64,000 nt of DNA from Octopus sinensis (lineage: Eukaryota): assembly GCF_006345805.1 (NCBI RefSeq), contig NC_043015.1, positions 35,960,001 to 36,024,000 on the forward strand. Reading direction: 5' to 3'. This document shows positions 12,595 through 26,058 of the stretch, piece after piece (within the stretch, counting starts at the first letter, position 1; each line of letters starts with the position of its first letter). The notes beneath the pieces are model-generated. The model ran no database searches, was not told the origin of the DNA, and saw nothing but the letters and a program-made list of their open reading frames with translations. The position numbers and the translations under genes are program-made.

Positions 12595-12731
12595 ATATGT
12601 GTGTGTGTGTGGTGTGTATGTATGTATGTATATATAATATACATATATTTAATTGTATTGTGAATTTAAAACAGAAAATAAAGTGTTATCAATATTCAAC
12701 CCGCGCCGTGACATTTTGCCCATTGTGTGTG

Positions 12732-12783
<52 letters not shown>

Positions 12784-13373
12784 TAATAATATATATATAT
12801 ATACATATTTATATCATGTATGTATATGTGTGTGTGAAAAATAAATGTGCATAAATGCCCACACACAGGTATATGAGGAATAGCGTCAAGGACAATGACG
12901 CAAACGATGACAAAACGAAAACCAACTCACCCAGCAATGTCTACAACACTTCGCATTTTGAAGCTCACAAGCACATAGACATCTACAGACATCAAGAAAA
13001 CCATTATTGCGGTTTGGAATTCCCATTTCGATAGAATATCCAATATGGAATTGAAGGGAGAAAAAACGGTAAGTGGAACTAATCAAATTATTCTAGAAAA
13101 TGTAGACGTTTCGGTCTGTTCAAAACTAATATTTTGAGATTTTAATCTCAGACGCCTTACTCATGTTTATTATATAGAGCGCAATTTTACGACTTGCTTT
13201 CATCTTGGCTTAGTGAAAAATATATTTTAGAGAAAATTGGATGTCATTTATTATTATGATTAACAACAAGAACAACAACAATAACAACAGCAACAACATT
13301 TTATTATTATCGTTGTTGTTGTTGTTGTTAATATTATTACTAACAAAAACAACAACAAAAATAATAACAATAC

Positions 13374-13422
<49 letters not shown>

Positions 13423-13606
13423 AAGGTTTAGAAAATCATCTCCCGTAAAAGTTCTAACTGCAATAATATACATGTAGGCGCAAACACAAGCATAAATACA
13501 CACACACACACACATACACATGCACACACATACACACAAACACACGCAAACACACACACTCACGTCTGTATTTGTGTGCATATACACGTATTTATATATG
13601 GATAAG

Positions 13607-13664
<58 letters not shown>

Positions 13665-14924
13665 ATGTATAGCAGTGTATGTCTATCCACACACACAAAC
13701 ACACAGAATACTACTCTACTACTCTTGCGTACTGCATATAATAACTACGGTCCATTACTCTGATGATGACGGCTACTGATTCAGAAACCCACGTCTCAGA
13801 CTCTCTTCTTATCACCAGGCAATAGAGCTGTCCTTTTACTTAATGAGATGTCAACTTCGGAAAAATACTGAATCTCGAGATTATCTCCCCTATTCATGTA
13901 GCGCTATTGTTCATGTGGTAAATAGATTCTCAACAGTCACATATTATTCTAATACGCAAAGAATATATGTTGTGTGGTATTTTAATCTAAGTATTTTTCT
14001 GTTTATAGCAGTATGTGTTTCGAGATCCTTTGCTCAAAAAAGTAAATAGTTCATATTCTATCGAAAGTTTATAAATTTATTTGACCTCAACAGCATAAAA
14101 TTTGCACTGATAAGAATACGGTTTGAAAACTGGAGAGAGAAATCCGAAGGATTAATTCGGTCCAATATCAGAACAACTGTCCTGACCACAGGAGAGGTGG
14201 ATTGAAGTCTCGAAAACGGCCTTCGACATTTTATACACAAAGGGAGTTTTAGTCCAATATTTACACAATTTCATGTATAGCTTTATGTGCTTCGATATAC
14301 ATTGCCTCCCCCACCAGGATGGCTGCAGTCGAATGACTGAAACAGATAAAAGAATAAAAGAATGTGTGTGTGTGTGTGTATAAAATACTCGACTCGTGAG
14401 ACTCTCTTCTAACTCACTGTTACTAAAATTGGCACATACATGCAAACATACATGCAAACATGCATTCATACATATTCACATGGTAAAGAAATATTAATGG
14501 ACAGATTAAAACATCAATATACGCGTCTCAATAGTTAGCATGTCTACTTATTGATCAATTGATAGTAATTGCGCAATATTACATAACTTCGTGTTCATGC
14601 ATAACCACGCCATGTCGTCAGGTGATATGAAGCTTCTGTCGGCGAAACCAATAATGCAATTATAAATGCAATCATAATGGCAAGATCCATAAGAAATACG
14701 GTTTTCCAAAAAGAAGTTGGAGAATGTTAGGCTTATAACCACTCAAAACATCTCATTTGTACAAACGACAACATTGATGAAAACATGTCTAACGAATATG
14801 TACAAACATGTTTATATGTTTGTGTGTATGTGTTTATGTGTGCGCTTATACACAATATATATATATATACAAACGAAATTCATAGACATACTTACAAAAC
14901 AAAATATAGCGCGACTAGGCACTG

Positions 14925-15025
14925 GTCATGAAAGGGAAAAGTCGAACTTGGAGGAATTTGAACGTGAAGACGGACGAAATGCAACTAAATATTTCGTCCG
15001 TCGTGCTGCAAGCTTGCCGCTTTAC
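14925..15025 (-). mobile_element. SINE family 1, 5' head fragment
   Basis: AAGTCGAACTTGGAGGAATTTGAAC..AAGACGGACGAAATGC is the reverse complement of the family 1 head. Confidence 0.7.
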
Positions 15026-16167
15026 TGTCGGAATAAATATTAATAATTCTTTGTAGTATAAGTAGAAACCTGAGATTTGTTACTAGAGAACACAAACAAT
15101 TAAACTGAAGTGTTTGTTATTTACTCTATCGAATCAGCAATGTTAAAGCACAGATTTGAACGCAGACTAATGATGTCCAGAACATACAGAACAAAGCATC
15201 CTCTTGATGCTGTAATGATTCTGGTAATCGAGCTGCCTATGAATAACTACTTCTTCAAAATTAGGCCAAATGCTATCTATTTTCTCTTCCTGGACATCGA
15301 TATAGCAGATAATATAGACTCTACTAGCTCACTGCTACTTTGATTGATCGACACTGCAAGGATGAGCAGTAAATTTGACCTCCACCTGATTTGATCATCG
15401 TATGTACAGAGCCGGAATATAAAGTGTAAATGGTGTATTGTTTTTCCTGCTCTTGGATACCTATGCCAATCCAAAGCCATTTTGATTCTAACCTGAAATT
15501 TAGAGGAGGGAGGATAAATCTATACAATCGGACCCAAACCTGGAAAGGAAACTTATTATACTCATCTCATGCAATTACGCTATATGAGTTTTGAACTCTG
15601 AATCTAAAGAAGTGAAATATATGGAACAGGTGTAATTGTCCGAGGTTCTTAGAATTCTGCCAAGCCTTTAATAATGTTGGAATTATTCAATATAAACCAA
15701 GACAAGGAATACTAAGCCTATATGACATAGAAAAATATATGAATTATGGCGCGGCTCCAGAGACAAAATGTCATATCCATATATCATCATGCTACCCTTA
15801 ATGTAATATACATACATACAAACATACATACATACACATATACATACATATATATATATTATATATATATATATTATATATATATATATATATAATATAT
15901 ATATATGTATACATACGTACATACACAACACACATACACACACACGCGTGAATATATATATGTATGTATATATATATGTGTGTGTGTGTTTGTATACATA
16001 CATAGTGTGAGACGGAAAAAAAATGAAGACGTGAAGGCGAAAAGTCACATGTATATATCACATTTAGTGTGTGAATATATATCTATATATGCATACACAC
16101 AACGACATATACATACAGACATATACACACACACACATATATGTGTGTGCGTGTGAATGTGTGTATG

Positions 16168-16214
<47 letters not shown>

Positions 16215-16799
16215 ATATATATATATATATATATCAATATATATGCGTGTCTGTAGACATATATACGCGTGCATACACCCTGTAATACCTATAAATTACA
16301 TGCATACATATACATAACACGCACGCACGCACACAGACAGACACGTATATATATATATAATATATATATATGAACAGAATCAGACCGGCAAACAATTTAG
16401 TTTCCAACTAGTAATGAAATATTCATTCAATAATTGATTTCAATCTCTTCTTTTTTCTCCTTCTTCTTAACGTCATTTTATCTTCTCTTTATATTTCATT
16501 CTCTGTTTTGTTCAATCTCTACACTGTTCTGATTGCTTTGCTAATCTTCACAATATTTTATTTCCCCAACAAACTATAATATTTATCGCAGTAACATCAT
16601 TTATTAACGTATCGTAGCAACCTAATTAACGCTAATTTCTGGTTGAATATTTAGTATATTGTTTGTTTCTCGAGAAAGTAATTCTTTCTGTTATGTTATA
16701 TAATATAATTGGTTTCCTTTTGAAAGAAGCCATAACACTTTTTTTGCTTTTTGCTTTGTTTCTTTTCCTTATTCAGATGTAATAAATATCCAAACGTAC

Positions 16800-16883
<84 letters not shown>

Positions 16884-16939
16884 ATATATATATATATATA
16901 CATACACACATATATAGACACACGTATATATGTGTGAGT

Positions 16940-17019
16940 GTGTGTGTTTTTATAGATAGATAGATAGGTAGATAGGTAAATAGATAGACAGATATATAGA
17001 TAGATAAACAGTTAGATAA

Positions 17020-17109
<90 letters not shown>

Positions 17110-17110
17110 G
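16940..17110 (+). repeat. (AGAT)n tetranucleotide array; similar arrays at 29960-30076, 34728-34880 and 47078-47172
   Basis: Seen directly. Confidence 0.95.
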
Positions 17111-17719
17111 GATGATGCCTGCATAATACATACACACGTCGAATGCGAAGAGTGTGGTGTTAGTGGCTCTTCGAAGTATACCAGTCTCGTTGATAACAAA
17201 ACCGTGTCACTCTCTCTCTCTCTCTACCTGAAAGCTACTCTGCGTGTCTGTTTTGTCTGTATATTTGGTCGTCTGTCTGTCTCCCACGCTTTTCATCGAT
17301 ATTCTAAATTATTTCAACGAAATATACCCAAATGTGGTTTATTGTCTGAGTCATTAGATCTTTGTAACATCCTTCGTGTTATCTGTTCTGGATCTTTATA
17401 TTTTGGTTTCGAATTCTACGACCCTCAACGCTGATAGGCTTCCTCCTGTCAAAACCTGGTTTGTGGTTGTTGTTAATGTTGGTGTCGCTCAGATCCACAG
17501 CAGCCCTGAGAAATATATGAGATGCTTTTCATTTAGGAGAGGTTGTTATTGTTGTCTCAGATTATTGTAATTTCAACTTATCATTACTATGCATCTATCA
17601 AGTTTATCTGCTAAGTTTCATCATTCCAGATTGGAGGAGACGGCTGCATCTGCGCTTTGAACACATCCGCCTAAACACGTGTTGTCAAAGCTGACTACTT
17701 TGAGAAATGCAATCGGAAT

Positions 17720-18345
17720 GAGAAAGCAATTTGGAAGCTCGCTATTCGATAGAGTTTTGTGTTAAACTGGGCAAAACGCTCGAGAAATATATAAAATGAC
17801 GCTCTGGACAGCAAATGGATTAACTTATATGAGGCAAAAAGTTCTTTTTCGTTGGGAGAACAGGTTGAAGGACAGTAGAGAAGAGGGAGAGACAAAGAGA
17901 GGGAGAGGTACATGAGAACATCAGAATTGGTTGAGAAAATTCGCCATTTTCAGGATGAAGACCGCCTTGAGTCTCTAACGACAAAAAGCTTGCAGTCTGG
18001 AGTTGATGTCACGACTGTATTCAGAATTATTCAGGAACATCAGAACATGCACAACATATGAATGGAGGTTGTTCCCAGAGTCCTCTGTAATGAACAGACA
18101 AAAAAGATGGAGTATCGACAGCTACGTTTGTGCCTCTGGTGATTTGTGACATGAGCTGGATCCTCTGCTTTCATCGAAAAACCGAGAGTGTCCAGTGGAT
18201 GAATCCTGTTTGCCCCCAGAATCAAGAGGGTAATGCAAAATGGGTCCAATGGAAAGCTCAAGATGATACCTTATTCGACAGCAAGAGTATCCTCTGAATC
18301 CACTGGGAATCCTCTGGGCAGACGGTCAACAATGAGTAATTGTTG
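17720..18345 (+). mobile_element. Decayed mariner transposase remnant
   Basis: Across frameshifts: RYSIEFCVKLGK, EKIRHF..EDR, TVFRII.E, VPRVL, VTCD.SWI, QW..P..P, GK.MMI..DS, HW.P.GQTVN.E; these are mariner HTH and first catalytic-domain motifs. Confidence 0.75.
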
Positions 18346-19395
18346 CAGATGGATAGCCACGGCTGGTAGAAATGAAAATTACTTACATGTCTTTACATTC
18401 TAATTTCGAATTCTATCGATGCAGGTTTAATGTTCATCGATTGATGACAGTTCAGGACACGTGATAGCTTTTTATTGTTACATACCTACACAGAGATTTG
18501 GATTATTTTCCTTTGTATTTCATAATCAAAAGATAGAGGCATCGTCTACGTCCATTTTCTTGGCTTCTGAGACTAACGGGAGAAGATGAATTAGTCTTCC
18601 GACAGAAGGGATGTGAACGTCTGCAACAAAGTAGAAAGAGAAAAAAACACAGATAGAGCGATTAGTTGTAGTGTTAAATCGGGCAAAGTGTTTAGTCCAC
18701 CAGTCGACAGCAAGAGCGATTCCTCTAACGGACTTTCATGCACTTTGAGTCCTCGATATTTCCCAATCTGTGGCTATGAGCCATGGAGAAAGATCGAACC
18801 CGAATCTACATGATTGAAAAGAGAATTTCTTAAATCAGTCACATCTCAGTTACAACTAATATCAGTCCGGTATTTTGATAGAAGTTCTATAATTTTTAAC
18901 ACTCTAGTGACAATCCACTTATATAAACAATGATATACGAAATTATTCATGAAGCCTTTGGGTCGAATCGCATATCTTTGTATGAAAAGACAAGGAATAT
19001 AATCGAGTTACACTTATGAATTGTGACTGTAAGAATCTTCAGAGGAATCAGCAGCATTCGTCAAATCATTTTGACGTTCACCGATTCTATATTTATCAAA
19101 AAAGAGGAATTAGCATGTCTCAGCTTATCAAGATATGACGATGGACAAAAAAAGAAAATAATGTAATAAACCACAAAGATAGCACAAATGGAAAATAAAA
19201 AAAAATGACTGAAATTATGAAGAAAAAAGCTACCTTCCTCATAAATATTAAAGAGGATTAAGGCAACGTAAAATTTAACAGAACAGGAAGGAGATAGTGA
19301 GAGGAAAGAAGAGAGGGAAAAAAGCAATTTTCATCTTAAAATATATATCAGGAAGGTAGACATATACATAAACAATAAACACGTAGATACATTCA

Positions 19396-19431
<36 letters not shown>

Positions 19432-19601
19432 GAAACTACACATTTCTAAAGAAAGTTTGAGATATGCATATATTATTTTTCTACTATAGAAAAACAAAAG
19501 GAACTAATTATATACATATATACAGGGAGAGTGAGAGTGAGAGAGAGCGAGAGAGAGATGTATACATACATTTTTAAGCTATTCGTATATAATATATATA
19601 T

Positions 19602-19647
<46 letters not shown>

Positions 19648-20064
19648 CACATATATATATTCTGTCTCTATCACTACACCATTATCTATCTATCTGTTTA
19701 TCTATCTATCTATGTATATATATATATATATATAGATATATATATTAGGCCCATAAGAAAGATATTTCTAGCATATTTATTTATATGGGTTTACCATAAA
19801 TAATGTACGTGATCACGCAATACCGCTTTGATAAAAAGTGTAACTGTAATACACTCACTATTTAATATCTCCTGTTCTTACCGTCTTTTTCGTGAACGTA
19901 AGCGATAATTGGATAATTCACTTATTGAGATTACCTATATTTGTTCGTCATGTTCTCAAAGTGAAGTCTACTTTCGATGACAAAATACGCTGACGCCATA
20001 ACATCTACAACAATGTTTGCCTGGCTTGGAATAATTTTTTGTCTTAAATCTTTATCTTTCCTTT

Positions 20065-20490
20065 CCTTCAGTCATTGGACAGCGGCCATAATGAAACAGC
20101 TTAATTAAGGCTTCTTTCTTTGCTTTTCTCAGACATTGAGCCCGGTACTTAGTTATAAGTGTGATACTTATTCTATATTTTGTCTTTAGCCGTACTTCTA
20201 GGTTACGGGGACGTAATCAAACGAACACCAGTTGTGAAGTGGTGGAGGAGAATCATAGACGCAATGGCATACACACACATACACACACACATACACACAC
20301 ACATACACACACATTCAGACACACGCAAGCACACGCACACGCACATACTCATATATATTAATGACGAGATACATTTCTCACAAGGTTTTGCACTCCCAGA
20401 TTATAGTAGCAGACACTTGCCCAAGGTGCCGCGCAGTGGGGTTGAACCAAAAACTGCTTGGCTGCAAAGCGGTCTTCTTAACAAAATCTT
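20065..20490 (-). mobile_element. SINE family 3 with internal (CA)n
   Basis: CAGTCATTGGAC.GCGGCCAT, GTTACGGGGACGTAA and AGACACTTGCCCAAGGTGCC.CGCAGTGGG motifs shared with 44090-44480 and 63060-63436. Confidence 0.75.
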
Positions 20491-21370
20491 AAGAAAGCTA
20501 CTGTACGAGGTTAAAGGAAAATAAAGGGTTTTTAAATGTCAGATTTTACTTCCAACATGGTTGCATGTCGCAATTGAAACCCTTGCTTCGGTATGGCACT
20601 TGTTCATACGAAGTAGTTCTCCCAGATTATTTTTATTAGTATTATTATCCTGAGTGTGAAATGAGGCATCGTTAAATAGAACATAAAAGCGGTGGCGGAA
20701 CATAAAAAAATATCACATTTGAAAGAATAGCGGAATCATAACGGAATCATAACGGAATACTTGCAGAAGATGAGCGGAATCATAACGGAATACTTGCAGA
20801 AGATGACCGGAATCATCTACAGAATCAAAATGTGTAGCAGCATAAAGGAATTAAACGAAAGTACCGTAGGATACAAAGCAATTGAGGACTTCAGTAGCAG
20901 GAAGCAACACAGTTAAAACTTGCATCATTCTAATGGTAGAGAAATGTTCAGCCAGATAAAGAATAAGAAATGAAAGGAGAAAAACATCCCGAAGAACCAC
21001 AGCGAAAACACTTGCACTATATTCCAAACGAAAAATTATATTTAGGTAGCCTGGTTATGGAAGTACACTTTGCAACAACATTAATTCTGGTTTCGATCCA
21101 GTTCATCCTATCTTCTTAAGGTGTATTCCATCATAGTCTTAGGTCGACAAATGAACTGAAAGAACAATGTTGTAAAGAGAATCAGTGTGAAACACGGCGG
21201 AGGGACAGTTATGTTTGTGTCGAAAATTTAGTATGTCGCCCACTTGAATTTCACTATCTGCTCTTGGGTACCTGTAGCACATTTAACGGAATCTACTCTA
21301 TTGCAAGCATTCAGGCCCTTTTCTCTGGATGAGAGTAACATTCGCTTTTTCAACCATCATATATATATAT

Positions 21371-21404
<34 letters not shown>

Positions 21405-21574
21405 GATATATATATATATATATATAATGGAATACTCTTTAGCATTGTGTAGAATATATTGTATAAAGGAGTGGATATGCACAGTAGGATGTTGTTATGG
21501 CAATCACCTTGCTTCCTGTAACTGGTTGCTATAGCAACACCCTTCTGCGCCTGTTCTATCGACACACGCTCATA

Positions 21575-21731
21575 CACACGAACATCAGCAACATCCGTCA
21601 ATTTCTTGAAAATGCGGTCATAACTCCGAAATATTAAATACAAGGTAAGTTTACATTAACTCACATATTTGTCTTCTTGTGAGTTACCTTGCATTTACTT
21701 CAAATTGTGTTGGCCTTACCCACAATATTTT

Positions 21732-21745
<14 letters not shown>
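21575..21745. repeat. Dispersed repeat, probably the end of a non-autonomous DNA transposon; second copy at about 39945-40110
   Basis: GGTCATAAC.CCGAAATATT.AAT.CAAGGTAAGT.TACATTAA and CCTTGCATTTACTTC..ATTGT..TGGCCTTACCCACAAT occur at both sites, ending at TA. Confidence 0.7.
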
Positions 21746-21782
<37 letters not shown>

Positions 21783-21873
21783 ATGTATATACAAATCCCT
21801 TATTTGTCTCCTTTTCCAAAATAACTCCAGATATTGAACTCTACTCTTTCCCTCTGTTTAATTGTCTCACATC

Positions 21874-21921
21874 GTCTCAGATGAAGGGATATCACTAATA
21901 TCCGAGAAATACCCGTAAGAC
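21874..21921 (+). ncRNA. Decayed hammerhead-like motif
   Basis: Stem I GTCT/AGAC; CAGATGA (U4A); stem II GGATAT/ATATCC; GAAA; GTA triplet; stem III damaged. Confidence 0.45.
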
Positions 21922-22509
21922 CAAACTTTATCTTTATAAATTACCAGAAAACTCCACAAAAACTTGGCTTTGTCTCATTTTATTCAACACATAAGCACAC
22001 ACACACGCACGAAATATTTAACTACGTTAAACTTACAAATTACAATTTTCTCAAGAAAGCTAAGAGAAAAAAATGTTTTATTTTGACACATTCTACCAGT
22101 ATACGAAGTTTAAAAGTGTTTAGTTAACTAGAAATTGTGTTGAAAAGTGGCGTTCAAAAGGAAAGGATCCACTTGTTTTCTTCAGATGAATATATTTTTC
22201 GACCAAGAATATTCAAATGGCCGTAATCGATTGACATTCACCTATCTCCGAACATGCCCTTCGCAAATTCAGAAATATGTTATGGATTGTACGTTCAATA
22301 ATATCTAAATACCTAAAAAGTTCAAGAGTGGATTATACACTCAGCCGGGTCAAATTGTCGGCCTGCACTACAAGAATATCATTCTACCGGTACATCTGTA
22401 CCAAGGTTGATATTTACATAAAATTGTTGCGTGTATATTATTCTGACCTAACGATGTGCCTCGGCTAAGTGTCTCATTCAATTGACTCTTACCTCTCTTT
22501 CTCTCTCTT

Positions 22510-22547
<38 letters not shown>

Positions 22548-22946
22548 GACACATACACGCACACACACACACGCATATATATATATATAGTGTGTAAAGT
22601 TAATTTTGTGTGAGTGCACAGGTTTTCCTCGTGGTCGTTGTTCTTCTTCTTCGGTCACAACCGGCAATCTAATGTCGTTATGATCACTTCGTATATACAT
22701 TGCACGCAAGTTTGAAAGGGCTGCAAAAACCAAACAGCTCCTGCGCAAAATATTCCTATCGTTCGGCCTGTGTTAATCTGCCTTTTTGATATTATTCTTA
22801 CAAAATTTTTTTTTTTAATATTTTAGGAAACCTTTTACAAATATATATGTACATATGTATATATACCTGTGTGTATCTGCATATGTATATATATATATAT
22901 TATATATATATATATATATGAACACACATATATAGTATATATGATA

Positions 22947-23014
<68 letters not shown>

Positions 23015-23698
23015 ATATGTGTGTGTGTGTATGTATATAGATGCAGATTTGTGTGTGTGTTACAGAGAGTAACTGTTGCATTGACAGATAAACAGTGGCC
23101 CGTTAGAAGCACGTTAACAAATAAAGTTTTGCGATATAAGAGAAATAAAATGAATATATTTAGGATGTCAAAACCATAACGATGATAACATTCACAACTG
23201 TAATACGATGATTATCAGCGCACTAACTAATTCGAGGGGTTTTATTATGTGCTGTAGTTTGAGAGACCCAACCTTTTCTCTTTATTATAGGTACAATGGC
23301 CTGATTACATAGAGGGGACATAACAAGACAAAACGGGAACATAAAACAAATGAAGTATGGTTGATGGAGTGATTAATAAATAATGAGAATGAGGCTGTTC
23401 GACTTACTCCCGCTGTGAAATTCTTTTCACATTAATTCTCAATACCATTGGGTCTCACTGTGAGGCGAAACCGCGATGGTCTTCTTATCATTATCGTAAA
23501 ATATATCATTAATTGTTCACATTAGTCTTTGTATTTTCATTTTCTATTTTATCTTTTTTTTTTCCAGCGTTACATTTTTCCTTTTTTTTATATTAAATTT
23601 CACAGACAAATAACACAAGTTCAATTCTCAGTTCATTTGAAATTCAATTCACATTTTTTTTAAACAATTAGTTGCGTTACACCTGTAATTATACTTAC

Positions 23699-24182
23699 CG
23701 TCTACATTTATTATTGTTACATTTCTTTTTCCTCTCGTTCTCTTTCGTTTCTTGTGTTTTTTTTCTCGTGTCTACCGCTTCGTTCACCTCTTTATCCGTT
23801 TGTGTATCTGTAATTTCTCCCGACTGCAAATACTTCTCTTCCATTTGTTCTTCTTTATCTTTAACTGTCATATTTCTTGTTCGCTTTGCTGTTCCATCGC
23901 TCTCAATATGTCTTCTATATTTATTTTCTCAGTGTTACTGTCCTGGCGAGTTATTTTCTCTGCCATTCCACTACTTTTTTCCGTTTCTTCTAAAGTTGGT
24001 GACTTTTTCAAATACGTCTCTTCCATCTGTTCTTCTTTATCTTTGAGCTTAAACAACTCTAAATTTTCTCGCTCTGTTTCTTCTTCGTTTTGCAGTTCCA
24101 TCGCTCACTCTATCCCTTCCATAGTTGGCTCCTCAGTCTTACCGTTCTGATAAGTTATATTCTCTGCCGTTCCTTTACTCAT
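23699..24182 (-). pseudogene. Decayed Glu/Lys-rich reading frame with an internal duplication, origin unknown
   Basis: MSKGTAENITYQ..IE*AMELQNEEETERE..KDKEEQMEE.YL..AMEQQSEQEI*/..KDKEEQMEEKYL..KKKCNNNKCR; one TGA at 24105-24107, a second TGA plus frameshift near 23868; ends at a CG|GTAAGT donor-like site. Confidence 0.4.
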
Positions 24183-24688
24183 TTTTAAGTGTTGCTGCAC
24201 AGCGTGGAACAGAATCATTTTAAGTGAATAAAAACTCCCATACCAGGAATTTCACAAGGATATATACATGTTTAATTGCATTAGGTTTTCTATCATGTCC
24301 GAAAAGTTAGGATGGCAGACACAAGCAACAGAAATAAAGTTCTTCCGAAGGCTTACTGCAGTAAGGTTACTCAACAGTAGACATAGCTTGGAGACCAGGG
24401 AATCGTAACAGGGCGAGCCTGCACTTGCCTGCATTGAGAGGCGGTAGTTCCGGTATAATTGATATGTGATTCGAATGATGCAGGAATGAAGAGTAAGAGG
24501 GATTCCTTTATTCTAGCCAGCAAAAACGGCATGAATGAGAACTAATGGTAGGCCAAGAACGAGACGGTTGAAGATCGATAGTTTCATAAGGTTTCATTTT
24601 GGAATCAAGCCGGCGCCATCGAAGATAGGTTTCCACCCATACGACTCTCCCATGAATAGTGGGCAGAAATGATGGATGGATGAACGAG

Positions 24689-24749
<61 letters not shown>

Positions 24750-25446
24750 ATACTTCGACGTTGTCAGAAGATACACCAATACATATTCCAGCTGCTGACT
24801 TTCCAAAACCTAAAACCGAATAAAAGTTACAAACTCTACCTGATGCTGAGAAGAAGTAAAACGCGTGTGTTCACCCCCAGGAAAGTTTTCGAACATAATG
24901 CATTATGCAAAACACTAGAGAAAGAAATATATTCATAAGGTTTCCTTCATTAGATTCTATAAAAATAGCGCTATACAAACTTTCTTACAGAAGCTTTACT
25001 TACATGAAGAAATGCTAGAGGCAGTTCTCACTCATATATAGATATGATCCAAATCATCACAAGTTTTGTTATTACAGACATTTTGAATGTGCAAACGATA
25101 TTTATCAACGATATTTTTTCTCTGAAAACTATTATGATAACAGTAAAAACAAATATCAAATATAACTGTAGTATTGCAGAAATACAAACGTGGAACATGA
25201 CAAAAAAGGAAGAAAATGGCGTGACTAGTGTATATACACTTGCATGCATACTTATATATATATACGCATATATATGAATATATATATAAGTGTATCTTTA
25301 TGTATGTATGAGAATATATATATATTTACATATATATGTATATATGCTTGTATATATATATATGTATGTATGTATGTATGTTAGTATATATATAGTAGAA
25401 TATATATATATATGTTTGTATTTCTCTCTTTGTCTCTGTCTGTCTT

Positions 25447-25499
<53 letters not shown>

Positions 25500-25961
25500 T
25501 ATATATTATATATATATATATACTTGTGTGTGTGCATGTATGTATATATATATATATGCATTTATGTGTGTATATATGTGCATGTAAAAATATAAATATG
25601 AATATATTAGATTTCAACAAAGGTAACGACACATAAGTAACAAACCAGCTCTAAATGTAGCCGAAGGCTAACTGTGCATCTGCAACCAACTGGAGTAACA
25701 ATTCAACATCGAAAAAAACATTCTCAATACTCTGTTAAAGAGAGACAAAACCTATGCAAACATCTCGTATAATTTTGTTTATGAAGCCCCTAAGAAATAC
25801 AATACTTAATAATGGACTGAAATTTGTAAATATATAAAATAAATATCAGAAACCCCAAATATACTTGAGAGTACGTGCATTTAAGTGTTTTTCTTGAATG
25901 AAAGCCTACATAGCTCCCCGATATTTAAATTATCCAACAGAAACAAATATTTGTTTTACAG

Positions 25962-26058
25962 ATTGTCTTGCCATATTCGGGTGTATCTTCAACGCTTTTG
26001 AGTCTGACGACGCTACGAATGCAGCTCTTAATATCTTCGAAGAGAATCAATTGATAAC
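25962..26058 (+). CDS. Candidate internal exon, product unknown
   Basis: TTGTTTTACAG acceptor, AC|GTAAAT donor, open phase-1 frame (D)CLAIFGCIFNAFESDDATNAALNIFEENQLI; no phase-compatible neighbour found. Confidence 0.2.

Noticed and set aside
12870-13068. Possible exon ending at CG|GTAAGT
   Set aside because: All three frames contain a stop before the donor; no recognisable product.
20731-20816. CRISPR-like repeat array
   Set aside because: Units are directly adjacent with no unique spacers, no cas genes, and the context is eukaryotic.
21643-21650. Strong AAG|GTAAGT donor here and at about 40009
   Set aside because: Both lie inside the same dispersed repeat, not at the end of a supported exon.
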